Positions 24,756 to 37,635 of a DNA stretch of 42,917 nucleotides are shown here, piece by piece. The notes beneath the pieces are model-generated. The model saw nothing but the letters and a program-made list of their open reading frames with translations. It made no database searches and was not told the DNA's origin. The stretch covers positions 90,185,822 to 90,228,738 of the forward strand of contig NC_068990.1 in NCBI RefSeq assembly GCF_001194135.2, read 5' to 3'. This DNA comes from Octopus bimaculoides (Eukaryota). Positions within the stretch are counted from its first letter, which is position 1. Each line of letters opens with the position of its first letter. Made by a program: the position numbers and the translations under genes.

Positions 24756-24856
24756 TGTGTGTGTGCGTATGTGTGTGTATGAGTGTGTATGTATTATACG
24801 TATGTGTGGACTCATTCATGAATATACACTTACGGATATTTGTTGGTGTCTGTATT

Positions 24857-24887
<31 letters not shown>

Positions 24888-25250
24888 NNNNNNNNNNNNN
24901 NNNNNNNNNNNNNNNNNNNNNNNNNNNNNNNNNNNNNNNNNNNNNNNNNNNNNNNNNNNNNNNNNNNNNNNNNNNNNNNNNNNNNNNNNNNNNNNNNNNN
25001 NNNNNNNNNNNNNNNNNNNNNNNNNNNNNNNNNNNNNNNNNNNNNNNNNNNNNNNNNNNNNNNNNNNNNNNNNNNNNNNNNNNNNNNNNNNNNNNNNNNN
25101 NNNNNNNNNNNNNNNNNNNNNNNNNNNNNNNNNNNNNNNNNNNNNNNNNNNNNNNNNNNNNNNNNNNNNNNNNNNNNNNNNNNNNNNNNNNNNNNNNNNN
25201 NNNNNATATATATATATATATATATATATTTATATGTATATATGTACACA

Positions 25251-25284
<34 letters not shown>

Positions 25285-25380
25285 GACACACAAACACACG
25301 CACACTCACAAAGACACACATACACAAACACACACACAGACACACAAACACGCACACACGGACACACATACAAATATCTA
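24203..25380. repeat. Cluster of (AAC)/(AAT), (CA)n, (TA)n, (TG)/(GA) repeats with gap 24888-25205
   Basis: Directly visible, interspersed with short unique segments. Confidence 0.85.
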
Positions 25381-25727
25381 TGTGAATCGTTTGTCGAATG
25401 TAGAGACACACGTCTAATTGGAAATATTTCAAAGAGTAACTTGACGGTAACAATAAAAATTCTATCATCGTTTACTTCCTCCTTTCGGGCGTGCATGCCA
25501 TGTACGGTTATCGATTTAAGATCTTTGGAAAACAAGAGGCTTGTCATCTTCAGTTACTCTACTTATTTCGAGACTGAAGTGATTTTTGAAGTTTGCCATC
25601 CACAGAACTTTTGTACTGTTGCGTTCATACAGTTTTTGCAGAGGTTTGTAGGCCTTTCCCTAGTAACCTTTAATGGTTAATTGTTTGACTTAGCTTGTCT
25701 GTCTGTCCTCGTTGGCGCAAGGAAACG

Positions 25728-26415
25728 GGTGAGTGAATCGGTGATTGACAGGTTTGATATTTGAGTGAAGGCATGAATAAATGGTTGAATGAATAGATAG
25801 ATGACTCAAGCACTGAGTGACAGAATACGTGAGTCGCTTTCTGGTAGAGTGAGTATTGAATGAGCCTGTGATTGGGTGAGGTGTGAATAAATTTATGACT
25901 AATAGAGTAAATGAGTGACTGTGTGTGTGTGTTTGGNNNNNNNNNNGGGGGGTGAATGAGTGAATGAAGGATTGACTGGATGAGTGCATGATTTAAGGAA
26001 TGAGTGAATGTTGATGACTGAATGAGGGAGCCTAGCAGCAGGAAACTGAATGAGTGAGACATTGGCTGAGTGAATGAGCGTTTAGCGAGTCAGTGAGTTA
26101 ATGATCGAGTGAGAGGATTAACGAATGAGTAAGCGAATAAGTCAATTGAGTGAGTGAGCGAATGAAAGAATAAGTTCAGGACCATGAGAATGAGCTCTGA
26201 GGGAAAGCGGGAAGAACTAATGAAGTCGGTGATTGAAAAAAATGACTGAGTGAGTCAGTGAAAGACACTGATTGTTTTGTTGAATCTGTGAGTATTTGCC
26301 AGAGAGTTTGTGATTGAGTATTCATGAGTGGATGGTTATTGAGTAAGTGACTCATTGAAGTCAAGAGTCAGTGATTGATGGCTGTCTGAATGACAGAATT
26401 AAGGCATGAGTGAAG
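25728..26415. repeat. Degenerate (TGAG/TGAA)n tetranucleotide array
   Basis: Recurring gagtgaatgagtgagtga motifs over about 700 bp, with a small gap. Confidence 0.85.
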
Positions 26416-26886
26416 CAGTAGATATTTGAACTTTTTTTTGTTTTGTTGTTTGGTGTTATATTTGGATTTTCGGCAATGGGAATATTGGAATAAAAGTTTG
26501 TTTGATGCAATTAATTAAATGGCTCCATACACTAATGATCTCTCTTGCAGTGAACCAAATTCTGACATGAGCATTCATTTGGGAGTTTTATTATGAGATC
26601 GATCAGGCGTTAGTGCGTACATGCGCTTTAGTATAAGATTTGTGCACGAATGTCTTTTTTTGTGTGTGTAGCGAACGAGAAAATGATCGAAATACATTCT
26701 GATTGATTGCATGAATGCAATGCCTTTCATAGTAGACTTTGCTGACCTGTAGGTTATTCTTGTTTTCTTTTATGTACTGTTTTCTCGGGTTAGATTTTTT
26801 TCTGAAATTAGCGGATTCTGTATTAACTTCATTAATGAAAGCACGAGAAGCGGATTATAACTGCTTCCTTCTGTTTCCTGTATATG

Positions 26887-27100
26887 CTTTTCTACTCTAG
26901 GCACAAGGCCCAAAATTTGGTAGAGAAGGAGGCCAGTCAATTAGATCACTCCCAATACGCAACTGGTACTTAATTTATCAACCCCGAAAGGTTGAAAGGC
27001 AAAGTCGACCTCGATGGAATTTGAACTCAGAACGTAAACACCGACGAATTATTGCTAAGCATTTCACCCAGCGTTGTAACATTCCTGCCATCTCGCCGCT
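26887..27100 (-). mobile_element. SINE family A, near full length
   Basis: ttctactctaggcacaaggcc...ggcaaagtcgacctcgatggaatttgaactcagaacgtaaa...gctaagcatttc...ctgccatctcgccg is the reverse complement of family A. Confidence 0.9.
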
Positions 27101-27294
27101 TTCTCGTCCCTGTATATCGTTTTGTTAGTTCAGTCTCTATAGGTTTTCCTATGTATCGATAAATATATTTTCATAATCTTTCCTTCATAACAACCTGCAG
27201 ACTGTTGCATTGAAACGACAAAAGAAAAAAAAATTACATTAATGCGTACAGAATGAAAGAATGAAATAATAAGAAACTTGCAACAGAAATGTGT

Positions 27295-27958
27295 NNNNNN
27301 NNNNNNNNNNNNNNNNNNNNNNNNNNNNNNNNNNNNNNNNNNNNNNNNNNNNNNNNNNNNNNNNNNNNNNNNNNNNNNNNNNNNNNNNNNNNNNNNNNNN
27401 NNNNNNNNNNNNNNNNNNNNNNNNNNNNNNNNNNNNNNNNNNNNNNNNNNNNNNNNNNNNNNNNNNNNNNNNNNNNNNNNNNNNNNNNNNNNNNNNNNNN
27501 NNNNNNNNNNNNNNNNNNNNNNNNNNNNNNNNNNNNNNNNNNNNNNNNNNNNNNNNNNNNNNNNNNNNNNNNNNNNNNNNNNNNNNNNNNNNNNNNNNNN
27601 NNNNNNNNNNNNNNNNNNNNNNNNNNNNNNNNNNNNNNNNNNNNNNNNNNNNNNNNNNNNNNNNNNNNNNNNNNNNNNNNNNNNNNNNNNNNNNNNNNNN
27701 NNNNNNNNNNNNNNNNNNNNNNNNNNNNNNNNNNNNNNNNNNNNNNNNNNNNNNNNNNNNNNNNNNNNNNNNNNNNNNNNNNNNNNNNNNNNNNNNNNNN
27801 NNNNNNNNNNNNNNNNNNNNNNNNNNNNNNNNNNNNNNNNNNNNNNNNNNNNNNNNNNNNNNNNNNNNNNNNNNNNNATATATACGAAGGTATTTGAATG
27901 TATCTCTCTCTCTTTCTCTTTCTCTCTCTGTATCTACCTATCTATCTGTCTGTCTGTC

Positions 27959-28019
<61 letters not shown>

Positions 28020-28035
28020 GTCTCTCTTTGTGTGT

Positions 28036-28085
<50 letters not shown>
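27295..28085. repeat. Gap 27295-27877 then (CT)/(CTGT)/(TG)n
   Basis: Directly visible. Confidence 0.93.
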
Positions 28086-28086
<1 letters not shown>

Positions 28087-28417
28087 ATACTTCTGTCTGA
28101 CTATAAATTTGGTGTATCTACTAACTAGTATTATTAACTGGACCTCTGTTCTGATTTTTTCTGCCATTAATAGAGTTAACAATATCTTAACTGTTCCAGT
28201 ATTAAGCTACAGTTATAATACTTTAGCAAAATCTTGTGATTTCTCTTGGTAAGCTGGTAAACTAACAAAAAAGTTACCATGAACATCAGAAATCATAACA
28301 GAATGGAGAAATAAAGATATTTTATATTTCATAAATACTACGATAGAAGTGTTGAAGCATAATAATATATCTCTGAACTCGGACTACCCGTGGTCTTAAC
28401 CATCCTGCTATATGCCC

Positions 28418-28495
28418 GCTATATGCGCGGAATGGGTAAGAGCGTAGTCTACTAACCCCAAGATTCCGAGTTCAATTCCAGGCGGTGCCTTCAAT
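28418..28495 (+). mobile_element. Short tRNA-like element (SINE head) preceding (AAT)n
   Basis: A-box-like gaatgggtaagagcgtag and B-box gagttcaattcc; no complete cloverleaf. Confidence 0.45.
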
Positions 28496-28496
28496 A

Positions 28497-28530
<34 letters not shown>

Positions 28531-28840
28531 GAGATAACTCGAATGTGGAGTCTAAAAACAGAAACAATTCCTATCATAGTAGGTGCCTTAGGTATAATAA
28601 AAACAAATATTCAGACAAATACATAACAAAAACACCAGAACTTACAAATATATATAACATACAGAAAATTGCACTACTGGGTACTGCACACATTCTACGC
28701 AAAACACTTTCAATACAGTAAACATAAGAGCACCACAGCAAACCACAGCACATACCCAAGGCGCACAGAGCTGCGCTCGGTAGTGAAGTGAAAGCACGTT
28801 ATAAGAATAAAACTACTGAACAATAATAATAATAATAATA
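28531..28840 (+). mobile_element. 5'-truncated R4/Dong-like LINE 3' end, second subfamily
   Basis: ITRMWSLKTETIPIIVGALGII(frameshift)...YITKTPELTNIYNIQKIALLGTAHILRKTLSIQ* (stop 28719-28721); 3' UTR, then an (AAT)n tail, with (AAT)n also upstream. Confidence 0.85.
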
Positions 28841-28861
28841 CCATCAGCAAAAGAAAAAAAT

Positions 28862-29000
28862 ACATTAGGAATGAGAGCCCAGGGTTGGGATCAAAATTTT
28901 ACCAGGACACCTGATGAAGGCCGGAGAGTAAATCAGCCGAAATGTGGTAACAACAAACAAGATGAGGAAATATATCCATCCAATGTTAATAATGTATAGA
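28862..29000 (+). mobile_element. Penelope/retrozyme-like short repeat containing a degenerate minimal hammerhead motif (28907-28950)
   Basis: acac-CTGATGA-a-ggc...gcc-GAAA-tgtgg; stem II closes, but stem III and stem I' are eroded. Confidence 0.5.
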
Positions 29001-29550
29001 ATTCCTCATCTCTAAACTATGGAACAATACGTATCAGCTGTCATATCTGACAAGGAATTTTATTTTATCGATACCAAATAATTAGGGGTTTGAAGGTGAT
29101 TTCGTTGATATTTGAACTCAGAATCTTAATAGAAAAGGCTAAAAGCTGAAATAGTGATGATCTCTATCTATTTAACCACCCCTGAAAAATTGACGGGTAG
29201 TACAAGAATTATGACGGTGATTAAAACGATGTGTTAAAAGGGAAGTACTATAGATGGCGCTTGTCCTGTTGGGTAAAAAACAAAACAGGCAAATCACAAG
29301 CAAATTGCTCTTGTCTTTAGAAATAAAACATTTAAACATTTCTCAGAGTAAACATACACAAGGTCACACGCGTTGGAGGAAAAGATAATTGATTTTATGG
29401 ATCTTAATATTTGATATTAATTATGGTATCGACATGAGAAGAAAGAGAGGCGAAGTCAACTCCGGTGGGATCTGAATGCATCACGGAGATAACTGAATAT
29501 TGCAGGAGAGTTTCTTTTTGTATTTTGCCGTCTATGTCGTATACCTTCCA

Positions 29551-29849
<299 letters not shown>

Positions 29850-30135
29850 GAGAAACTATGTATCATAATCGATGTGGCAATCTCTTTTGATACCAGATGA
29901 AAAAGAATGGAAAATGTAATAAAAGTGGTTTATTGTAGTGACGTTAAGTATGAAATTCGCAAGTGTTGGAGCCTAGAAGTTAACAAAGTTATATTTCTGT
30001 CAATTATTATCGGGGCCTTGAAACAGTGACAGAGAATTTGAGAGTGTACTTGATCTCAGCCTGGGAGTAGCTGCAATTGAGAAGCTATGTTTACAATGAT
30101 TTGTAGGAATTATCTGGAAAGTTCTCAAGACAAAG
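29850..30135 (+). mobile_element. R4/Dong-like LINE RLE-endonuclease fragment, decayed
   Basis: EKLCIIIDVAISFDTR*...YCSDVKYEIRKCWSLEVNKVIFLSIIIGAL-TVTENL matches the RLE IIDVA.P.D...KY.DLK.EI...W...P.IIGALG region. Confidence 0.72.
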
Positions 30136-30734
30136 TAAGAACAGATATGTAAAAGAGAAATAAACTATTTATATGGAAGGTAAAGAAAAAAAAAATCATT
30201 TCGACTCAGATCACGAGTTGTCTTTCAATAAGAAGTAAAACTGAACTGGTTACAACAGCAACAATATGAATAATAATGGTCTTTTTTATTTGCCCCTGAG
30301 GCATCAGATGAAGACATTACAGGGACAAGAAAATTAAAGGCGTTGGTAGATGAGATAAAGGGTAAACATAATATACAAAATAAGGGAACACATGAATGAT
30401 GGACTCCTCCAGATACAGAAGGGGCTCTAACTAAGGCCAACCGAGAAACCTCATAGATCCTGATTAGCAAGGACTCAAGCTTTCACCCAAATGTTTTTCT
30501 CTAATTTATTGGCCCATGTTTAGAGCAGCTTCATTCATTCTATCCATTTGTTTTTGTCAAATTCGCTGGTAGAGAGCTCACTGCCACCCCATCCTCTTTT
30601 TCTTTGCCAAATGAAGCTTGAAAAAGTCGATGAGTGTTAAGACGAAGAGGAGCATGCATGTCCTCACGCTTTTCAAATAGCAATAATGATAATCTTGACA
30701 ATGATGATGGTAACAACAATAGTAATAATAATGT

Positions 30735-30880
30735 TTTACATAACCCAAATCACATTAAAAACAGCAGTGGTCGGCGCACTTCACGCAACCTGTGTGGAGC
30801 ACTTTTAATACAGTAAGTATAACACTCCAAAACAAACCACAGCACATAGCCAAGGGCCATACGGCGTCGCTCAGCTCTGC
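30735..30880 (+). mobile_element. Degenerate relative of the 28531 Dong-like 3' end
   Basis: acttttaatacagtaagtat...caaaccacagcacatagccaaggg aligns with 28705-28760; flanked by AAT-rich repeats. Confidence 0.6.
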
Positions 30881-33279
30881 TGCATGAAGAACGTGAACAA
30901 ATAAGACGATTGCATAATAATAATAATGGTAATAATGATAATAATAATGATGCTGATGCTGATGAAGATCGATACTTTATTACCCATGAGGTCTCGAAAA
31001 GTACAATAAGATACCAAAGGAATATTAAACATGATGATTACAAAGTCATGTGTAGTTCGGCGAAAATGGTAAAGAAAGACGAGCGTAGGGTGGAGACTGA
31101 TGAACGACAAGATAAATCAATGATGTTCCGGCTCATTGGCCATGATTTCAATTTCACTGCGGGTACTACGTTCCGTATCACTACACACCTCCATATTCTA
31201 CACTGCGTCACTTCATACACCATTAACGAATAGGTACGATTTGCGTGGGAATATTGCATAACGTGACCATCATCCATCAGAGGCAATCGTCCTCCATTAG
31301 TTAAACGCCATGAAACAGGACCTACTGAGAGTACCTCTAAAACCTCTCAGCATTTTTGGAGAAATATGATGAATACTTTTCGAAGCCTGCAGCTGTATGG
31401 TTATGTAGTGTTATGGTCGTAGTTGAGCATAACCCTATTGTGTTTCCTGGAATGACAGCTAGTTTGGGAGATTTAGAGATTTAAATCTTTAAATACACTA
31501 GAGAGAACATTGAGCTTCTATGTATTTGAAACTCTGACATTTAATTACAGTAAATTCTCAAAACAATCAATTGAAGTTAAGTGATTGTCAAGGAAATGCC
31601 TTATATATACCGTGAGTCAACAAAAACGTCCGTATCTAACAATTCAATTTACTAGAAGTAGCAGCCAAGCCTCGCTGAAATTACAAACGGACGTCTTAAG
31701 AGAAAACGATAAAATAAGCGAAAAACATTGTGGATAATATAGTCCTAAATATACATTATCAGGATGAAATACAGGAATATTACAACTGAAACATCTTTGT
31801 TTATTGGTTTGGTAGATCGGGTCTGACAAGGGGCTAAGCAACTACTGTTACATAAATTTACTATCCAAAAACCACCAACAACGCCATCAACGAGGTATGG
31901 TAAAAGCTTTTAATATGCTCTTTACAATATATAGAAAATATGACCAACTCCGTTTTGATTACTCTTGGGGTCAGTTTCTCATGTAATGCGATGTCATATT
32001 AATCTTAAATAGTGGAATGGAGTGACACTTTATAATTCCAAAGATGAGGAGGGTATACATCGAGGCTGATTATCCAAGCCAACCGTTACAGAATACTTCT
32101 TCTGACATCACGATGAAAAACAGACATTTCCTCGTTGCTTTTACCTGCTAGAAATAGCAATTATATCCCTCTCAAGCACACTCAAACAAAGGAAGGATAC
32201 ATAGATACATTCTTCTCAATTAAACTGCCATATTATATCTGAAAAATAAAATCGACGGAGCAGTTCGCTCAATAGTGGCATGCAATCAAACACGCTGTGC
32301 GCTGTGAATAATGAAATATACAGACATATAACTTGTATATATCTAATCTAACTGTAGGCGGTGGGGGATTATTGGCAACAGGAATATCATAGTTTCTGAT
32401 GCCCAAGTTAGGGAACACTGGAGTGGTTTATTGTGAGAACAAAGTTATGCTTAATTTTATATTGTTTAATGAGAAGATTTGGAAGCAACACCTATAGTCA
32501 TTGTTGAATCTTTATTAATTGTATCGCACCAGAGAAGTACAATACAATTATTGTTAGTACTAACTGGAGGCTAAACATTTGAAGGTAATCGCCTATATTC
32601 GTAAAATTAGGCTGAAAGGAATCAATGATTGGTTACAATTCTAGAGAGCAAGGGTTTAATAGAAGCTTTAGAGCTGGATTAGAATATTAAAACACTTAAG
32701 GAATATGAATGGGTGGTGAGTCGATTGTATATATTGAGAGCTCTGGGAATCAGGAATCGTTGTGGTGCCACTTGAAAAATTCAAGAATGGATACAGAATT
32801 AGCTCTGAAAAGAAATGAATTGGCTGGTTTAACTGAGGAATGAAACTATTTCGTTGAAAGTATTTTAAATAAAATTGAAGTATTCTATTGTGTTTATCTT
32901 TAAATACCCCTTGCTTAGAAAGAGCAAGTCCGATAGCTGCTGTACATATTGGCTGTTATTTCTGATATTGGCACAAATGTCAATGGTTTTTAATTTAGTT
33001 CATCAGTGAGAAGAATTTTTGCTGGCATATCTGCAAATAAATTGCGAATGAGTTATTCAAAGAAAGAAATTAAGAGACTTTAAACATGCTTAACTGAGCG
33101 AAAGTAACAGACGAAAAGAAAATAATCGAAAGAAAAACAGCCAAAACAAATAAATCGATTAACAAATCTATTTTAACCCTCAGTAAAGTAATTTACAATG
33201 GGTAATCAAAGGTTTTCCAAAGTTTCTATCAGTTTGTTTGTTCTTAAATGATTCAGGAGAACAGCCAAGACAGGGAGAA

Positions 33280-33379
<100 letters not shown>

Positions 33380-34407
33380 TATATATAAACACATGTTATA
33401 TACATAGGCATATAAATACAGGCGTATAAATACAATATGCAAATATATGTGACTACAAAACGACGAGCGAGTGAGACGTCGAAAATGAAAGAGAAAAAAT
33501 AAAGAGGAAAAAGGGAAATAGGAAATGGGTAAACGCATTAAAAGCTACGAATATATAGCGAGGAGTTACTAATTGTTGTTTGGGAGGCGTCTGTTTTGAT
33601 TAAATTCCATAAGACAAATATAATATTGTGATGTGGATTTAACTTTGACAGTAGAAAGTATGGTTATATTTAGGAAATCAAGCAATCGATTGGCTAATTG
33701 TTGATTACCAACGATATTTTTAATATCTCAAGACCAATATTTGCTATTTAGATAGAATTGATATAATATAAGCATCAGGACATTTGCCAAAGTTTTTCCA
33801 TTGTTTTAGTCGTGATCTCAAAAGAGCAATTATTGGTGTGGAAGACAACTTGTCTTTATTGAAAAGAAGAAAACAATTATTACAAAATATTTTTTTCTTT
33901 TTTATAGAACAAAAACAAATTCAGATTTCTCTCTCACAACTTTCGAGAGAGAAACCGGCAAAATCTATGCATTTGAACAAAAACATCTTGTGGAATTTGG
34001 TCATTCCGATTAGTCTAACAGAATCTTTTTGACTTTCTTTTCATTGTAAACGCAGAGAGACAGTGACTGGTCAGCAGGAAACCAATTGCCAATGAATAAT
34101 GTTTTTACAAAAATACAAAATAAAATAGAAATAATGAACAACAAAATTACTCACAAGTGGCGAGATAAAATACAAGACAGATATATAAACTTTAATGACA
34201 AACGATAGGCATTGATATTTACGCTGTTTGGATATCGTTTCTCAGTTCATTTTGTCGGTTTCTAGACAATGCTGGAGAGAATTTCGATTTTCTTAACGGT
34301 TTTGTCCTGTAAATTTTTAGTCGACTTTGCTCCAGTTCTTCTATCACCAACAATTCAAATTGGATGGACAATTCCCGTCAATAATCTTTCTTTAATAGGC
34401 GTTTTAT

Positions 34408-34641
34408 AGGCGGCGAGCTGGCAGAAACGTTAGCACGCCGGGCGAAATGCTTGGCGGTATTTCGTCTGCCGTTACGTTCTGAGTTCAAATTCTGTCGAGG
34501 TCGACTTTTCATTCCATCTTTTCGGGGTCGATAAATTAACTACCAGTTGCGTACTGTGTCGATGTAATCGACTTAATCCCTTTGTCTGTCCTTGTTTGTC
34601 CCCTCTATGTTTAGCCCCTTGTACGCAATAAAGAAATAAGA
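34408..34641 (+). mobile_element. SINE family A, full length, alternative 3' tail
   Basis: aggcggcgagctggcagaaacgttagcacgccgggcgaaatgc...gagttcaaattctg (B-box)...gatgtaatcgacttaatccc...aataaagaaataagaa. Confidence 0.93.
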
Positions 34642-34679
34642 AATCCATATGAAGGGAGATTTGAGGATAATGTAAGGAG

Positions 34680-34751
34680 ATGTTGGGACCGAACCCAATA
34701 GCACGTGGTTTGCAAAGCGAACTTATCTTCCACACACCAAAACCTGCACCT
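34680..34751 (-). mobile_element. SINE family B head fragment
   Basis: Minus strand aggtgcaggttttggtgtgtgg...aaccacgtgctattgggttcggtccc. Confidence 0.6.
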
Positions 34752-35148
34752 AAATCCATCCCTCTGAACACACAGAATAAACTATATTTAATTATATAAT
34801 TCTATATTCCGTTATTTTCCCCTTTCATCTCAAACTAAATTAATGCCCCTTTTTCCACTCCTTCTTTGGTGGTGACATAAAGAATGTAAGGAAACGGCCT
34901 CCCGTGAGCTCTGTCTTTTACCCAGGGCTTAAAAATAAAATCAAACAGAAAATTACTTGGGGAAATTGTAACCTTCTAATATTACACCATGACAGATTCT
35001 TCTATCTTTTGAGAAAGCAATAATATGCCGCTTAAGGGTTAACCGTTACTCTTCTTATATTTCTGCGCTTTCATTATATTATGTTTCATTATGCAATTCG
35101 GTCTAAGATATTTACTCACATAAAATGTCTTTTGGCAACGCAGTAAGT

Positions 35149-35150
<2 letters not shown>

Positions 35151-35209
<59 letters not shown>

Positions 35210-35643
35210 NNNNNNNNNNNNNNNNNNNNNNNNNNNNNNNNNNNNNNNNNNNNNNNNNNNNNNNNNNNNNNNNNNNNNNNNNNNNNNNNNNNNNNNNNNN
35301 NNNNNNNNNNNNNNNNNNNNNNNNNNNNNNNNNNNNNNNNNNNNNNNNNNNNNNNNNNNNNNNNNNNNNNNNNNNNNNNNNNNNNNNNNNNNNNNNNNNN
35401 NNNNNNNNNNNNNNNNNNNNNNNNNNNNNNNNNNNNNNNNNNNNNNNNNNNNNNNNNNNNNNNNNNNNNNNNNNNNNNNNNNNNNNNNNNNNNNNNNNNN
35501 NNNNNNNNNNNNNNNNNNNNNNNNNNNNNNNNNNNNNNNNNNNNNNNNNNNNNNNNNNNNNNNNNNNNNNNNNNNNNNNNNNNNNNNNNNNNNNNNNNNN
35601 NNNNNNNNNNNNNNNNNNNNNNNNNNNNNNNNNNNNNNNNNNN

Positions 35644-35680
<37 letters not shown>

Positions 35681-35768
35681 AACGTGCACACACTTATACA
35701 CACATATACAAACATATGCGCTTTCTGTCTCTCCCGGTCACACGCATGCAGGCACAAGTACTCACTCA

Positions 35769-35803
<35 letters not shown>

Positions 35804-36245
35804 ACACACACACACACACACAGACACACGCGCACTTATACTCACACTCACACACATATGCTCTCCCTCTATCTCTCTGTTTCTCCGTCTCTCTGTCTCT
35901 CTATCTCTCTGTCTCTGTTTCTTTGTCTCTCTATCTCTCTATCTCTCTGCCTCTGTTTCTTTCTCTCTCTCTGTCTCTCTATTTCTCTGTCTCTCTGTTT
36001 CTCTGTTTTTCTGTCTCTCTATCTCTCTGTTTCTGTTTTTCTGTCTTTCTGTCTCTCTATCTCTCTGTTTCTGTTTTTCTGTCTTTCTGTCTCTCTGTTT
36101 CTGTCTCTCTCTGTCTCTCTCTGTCTCTCTGTTTCTCTGTCTGACTCTCTGTCTCTTTGTTTCTCTGTCTCTCTGTTTCTCTGTCTCTCTATCTCTGTCT
36201 TTCTCTGTTTCTCTGTTTCTCTGTCTCTCGCTGTCTCCCTCTCTC
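35151..36245. repeat. (CT)n, gap 35210-35644, (CA)n, long degenerate (CT/CTGT/CTTT)n
   Basis: Directly visible. Confidence 0.95.
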
Positions 36246-36442
36246 TTTTAAGTGAAAATTCATGCAGTTTATACAGTTATGAAATGTACCGAATCGCCTA
36301 GAATCTTAATTAAAATCTGAAAAATTCCTGTCTAAATCATTTGCCGCATGCTGTTAATATAAAACATAGACTATGAGTGAAATTTATGATTCTTTGTATT
36401 CATCTATAGATGATCCTTTGCTTCATCTATAGAACTGGTGCT

Positions 36443-36514
36443 CAGTTTCCTTCTACCAAATCCAAACACAAGGTTATTGTCGGCCCGAGGCTGTAGTAGA
36501 AGACACTTGTCCAA
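36443..36514 (-). mobile_element. SINE family B internal fragment
   Basis: Minus strand ttggacaagtgtcttctactacagcctcgggccgacaataaccttgtgtttggatttggtagaaggaaactg. Confidence 0.8.
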
Positions 36515-37155
36515 ATATATATATATATATATATATATATANNNNNNNNNNNNNNNNNNNNNNNNNNNNNNNNNNNNNNNNNNNNNNNNNNNNNNNNNNN
36601 NNNNNNNNNNNNNNNNNNNNNNNNNNNNNNNNNNNNNNNNNNNNNNNNNNNNNNNNNNNNNNNNNNNNNNNNNNNNNNNNNNNNNNNNNNNNNNNNNNNN
36701 NNNNNNNNNNNNNNNNNNNNNNNNNNNNNNNNNNNNNNNNNNNNNNNNNNNNNNNNNNNNNNNNNNNNNNNNNNNNNNNNNNNNNNNNNNNNNNNNNNNN
36801 NNNNNNNNNNNNNNNNNNNNNNNNNNNNNNNNNNNNNNNNNNNNNNNNNNNNNNNNNNNNNNNNNNNNNNNNNNNNNNNNNNNNNNNNNNNNNNNNNNNN
36901 NNNNNNNNNNNNNNNNNNNNNNNNNNNNNNNNNNNNNNNNNNNNNNNNNNNNNNNNNNNNNNNNNNNNNNNNNNNNNNNNNNNNNNNNNNNNNNNNNNNN
37001 NNNNNNNNNNNNNNNNNNNNNNNNNNNNNNNNNNNNNNNNNNNNNNNNNNNNNNNNNNNNNNNNNNNNNNNNNNNNNNNNNNNNNNNNNNNNNNNNNNNN
37101 NNNNNNNNNNNNNNNNNNNNNNNNNNNCAGACTGTCTGTTAAAGTCTGTCATACC

Positions 37156-37195
37156 GGCCATGACGAAGGGAAATAGCCCTGAAACTCGAGTCGCC
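37156..37195 (+). ncRNA. Minimal type I hammerhead-ribozyme-like motif (Penelope/retrozyme type)
   Basis: ggc | C(a)UGACGA | aggg-aaauag-cccu | GAAA-C-ucga-GU-C | gcc. Stems I (3 bp), II (4 bp) and III (palindromic ACUCGAGU) and a GUC triplet are all present; there is one extra A between C3 and U4. Confidence 0.6.
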
Positions 37196-37444
37196 TTTAT
37201 ATATATATATTTATATTTATATATTTATATATTTGATCCTTTATATTGAACACTCAATATTTCATCTACATTCAATACTTTCTTTCATGGTGCCATCCAT
37301 TTTTATTTTATTTTATTTTATATTGTATATTGTATATTATATTATATATTGTATATTCCATATTCTATACCCCACATTAGTTCTGCAGGAATATAAATAA
37401 AACATAAAAAACAGACAGTGTTGGAACTCTTTTAAGCAAAATAA

Positions 37445-37477
<33 letters not shown>

Positions 37478-37635
37478 GTAATAGTAATGATAATAATAAT
37501 AATTATTATTATTATCGTCATTATTATTAGTAGATGTAATAGTAGTATCAGCTTTATCTTCAACTCTACAGTGTGGTTGTTATTACTAAACATGCGCTTG
37601 TAGATGTTGTTGCTGTTCTACCCCTTTTTCTTATC

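Noticed and set aside
25400-25680. Unique stretch with a short stop-free minus-strand frame (GKAYKPLQKLYERNSTKVLW...)
   Set aside because: No recognisable family and no convincing splice-site pair, so it cannot be called an exon without expression data.
28418-28495. Possible tRNA gene
   Set aside because: A/B-box-like words are present, but no acceptor stem or complete cloverleaf.
31038-31400. GC-balanced segment with an Ig-like minus-strand frame (WRLTNGGRLP...YSLMVYEV) or Tc1-like plus-strand words (TPPYS, DFAW.Y)
   Set aside because: Neither reading has correct motif spacing (no DxGxYxC; frames disagree); needs a BLASTx search.
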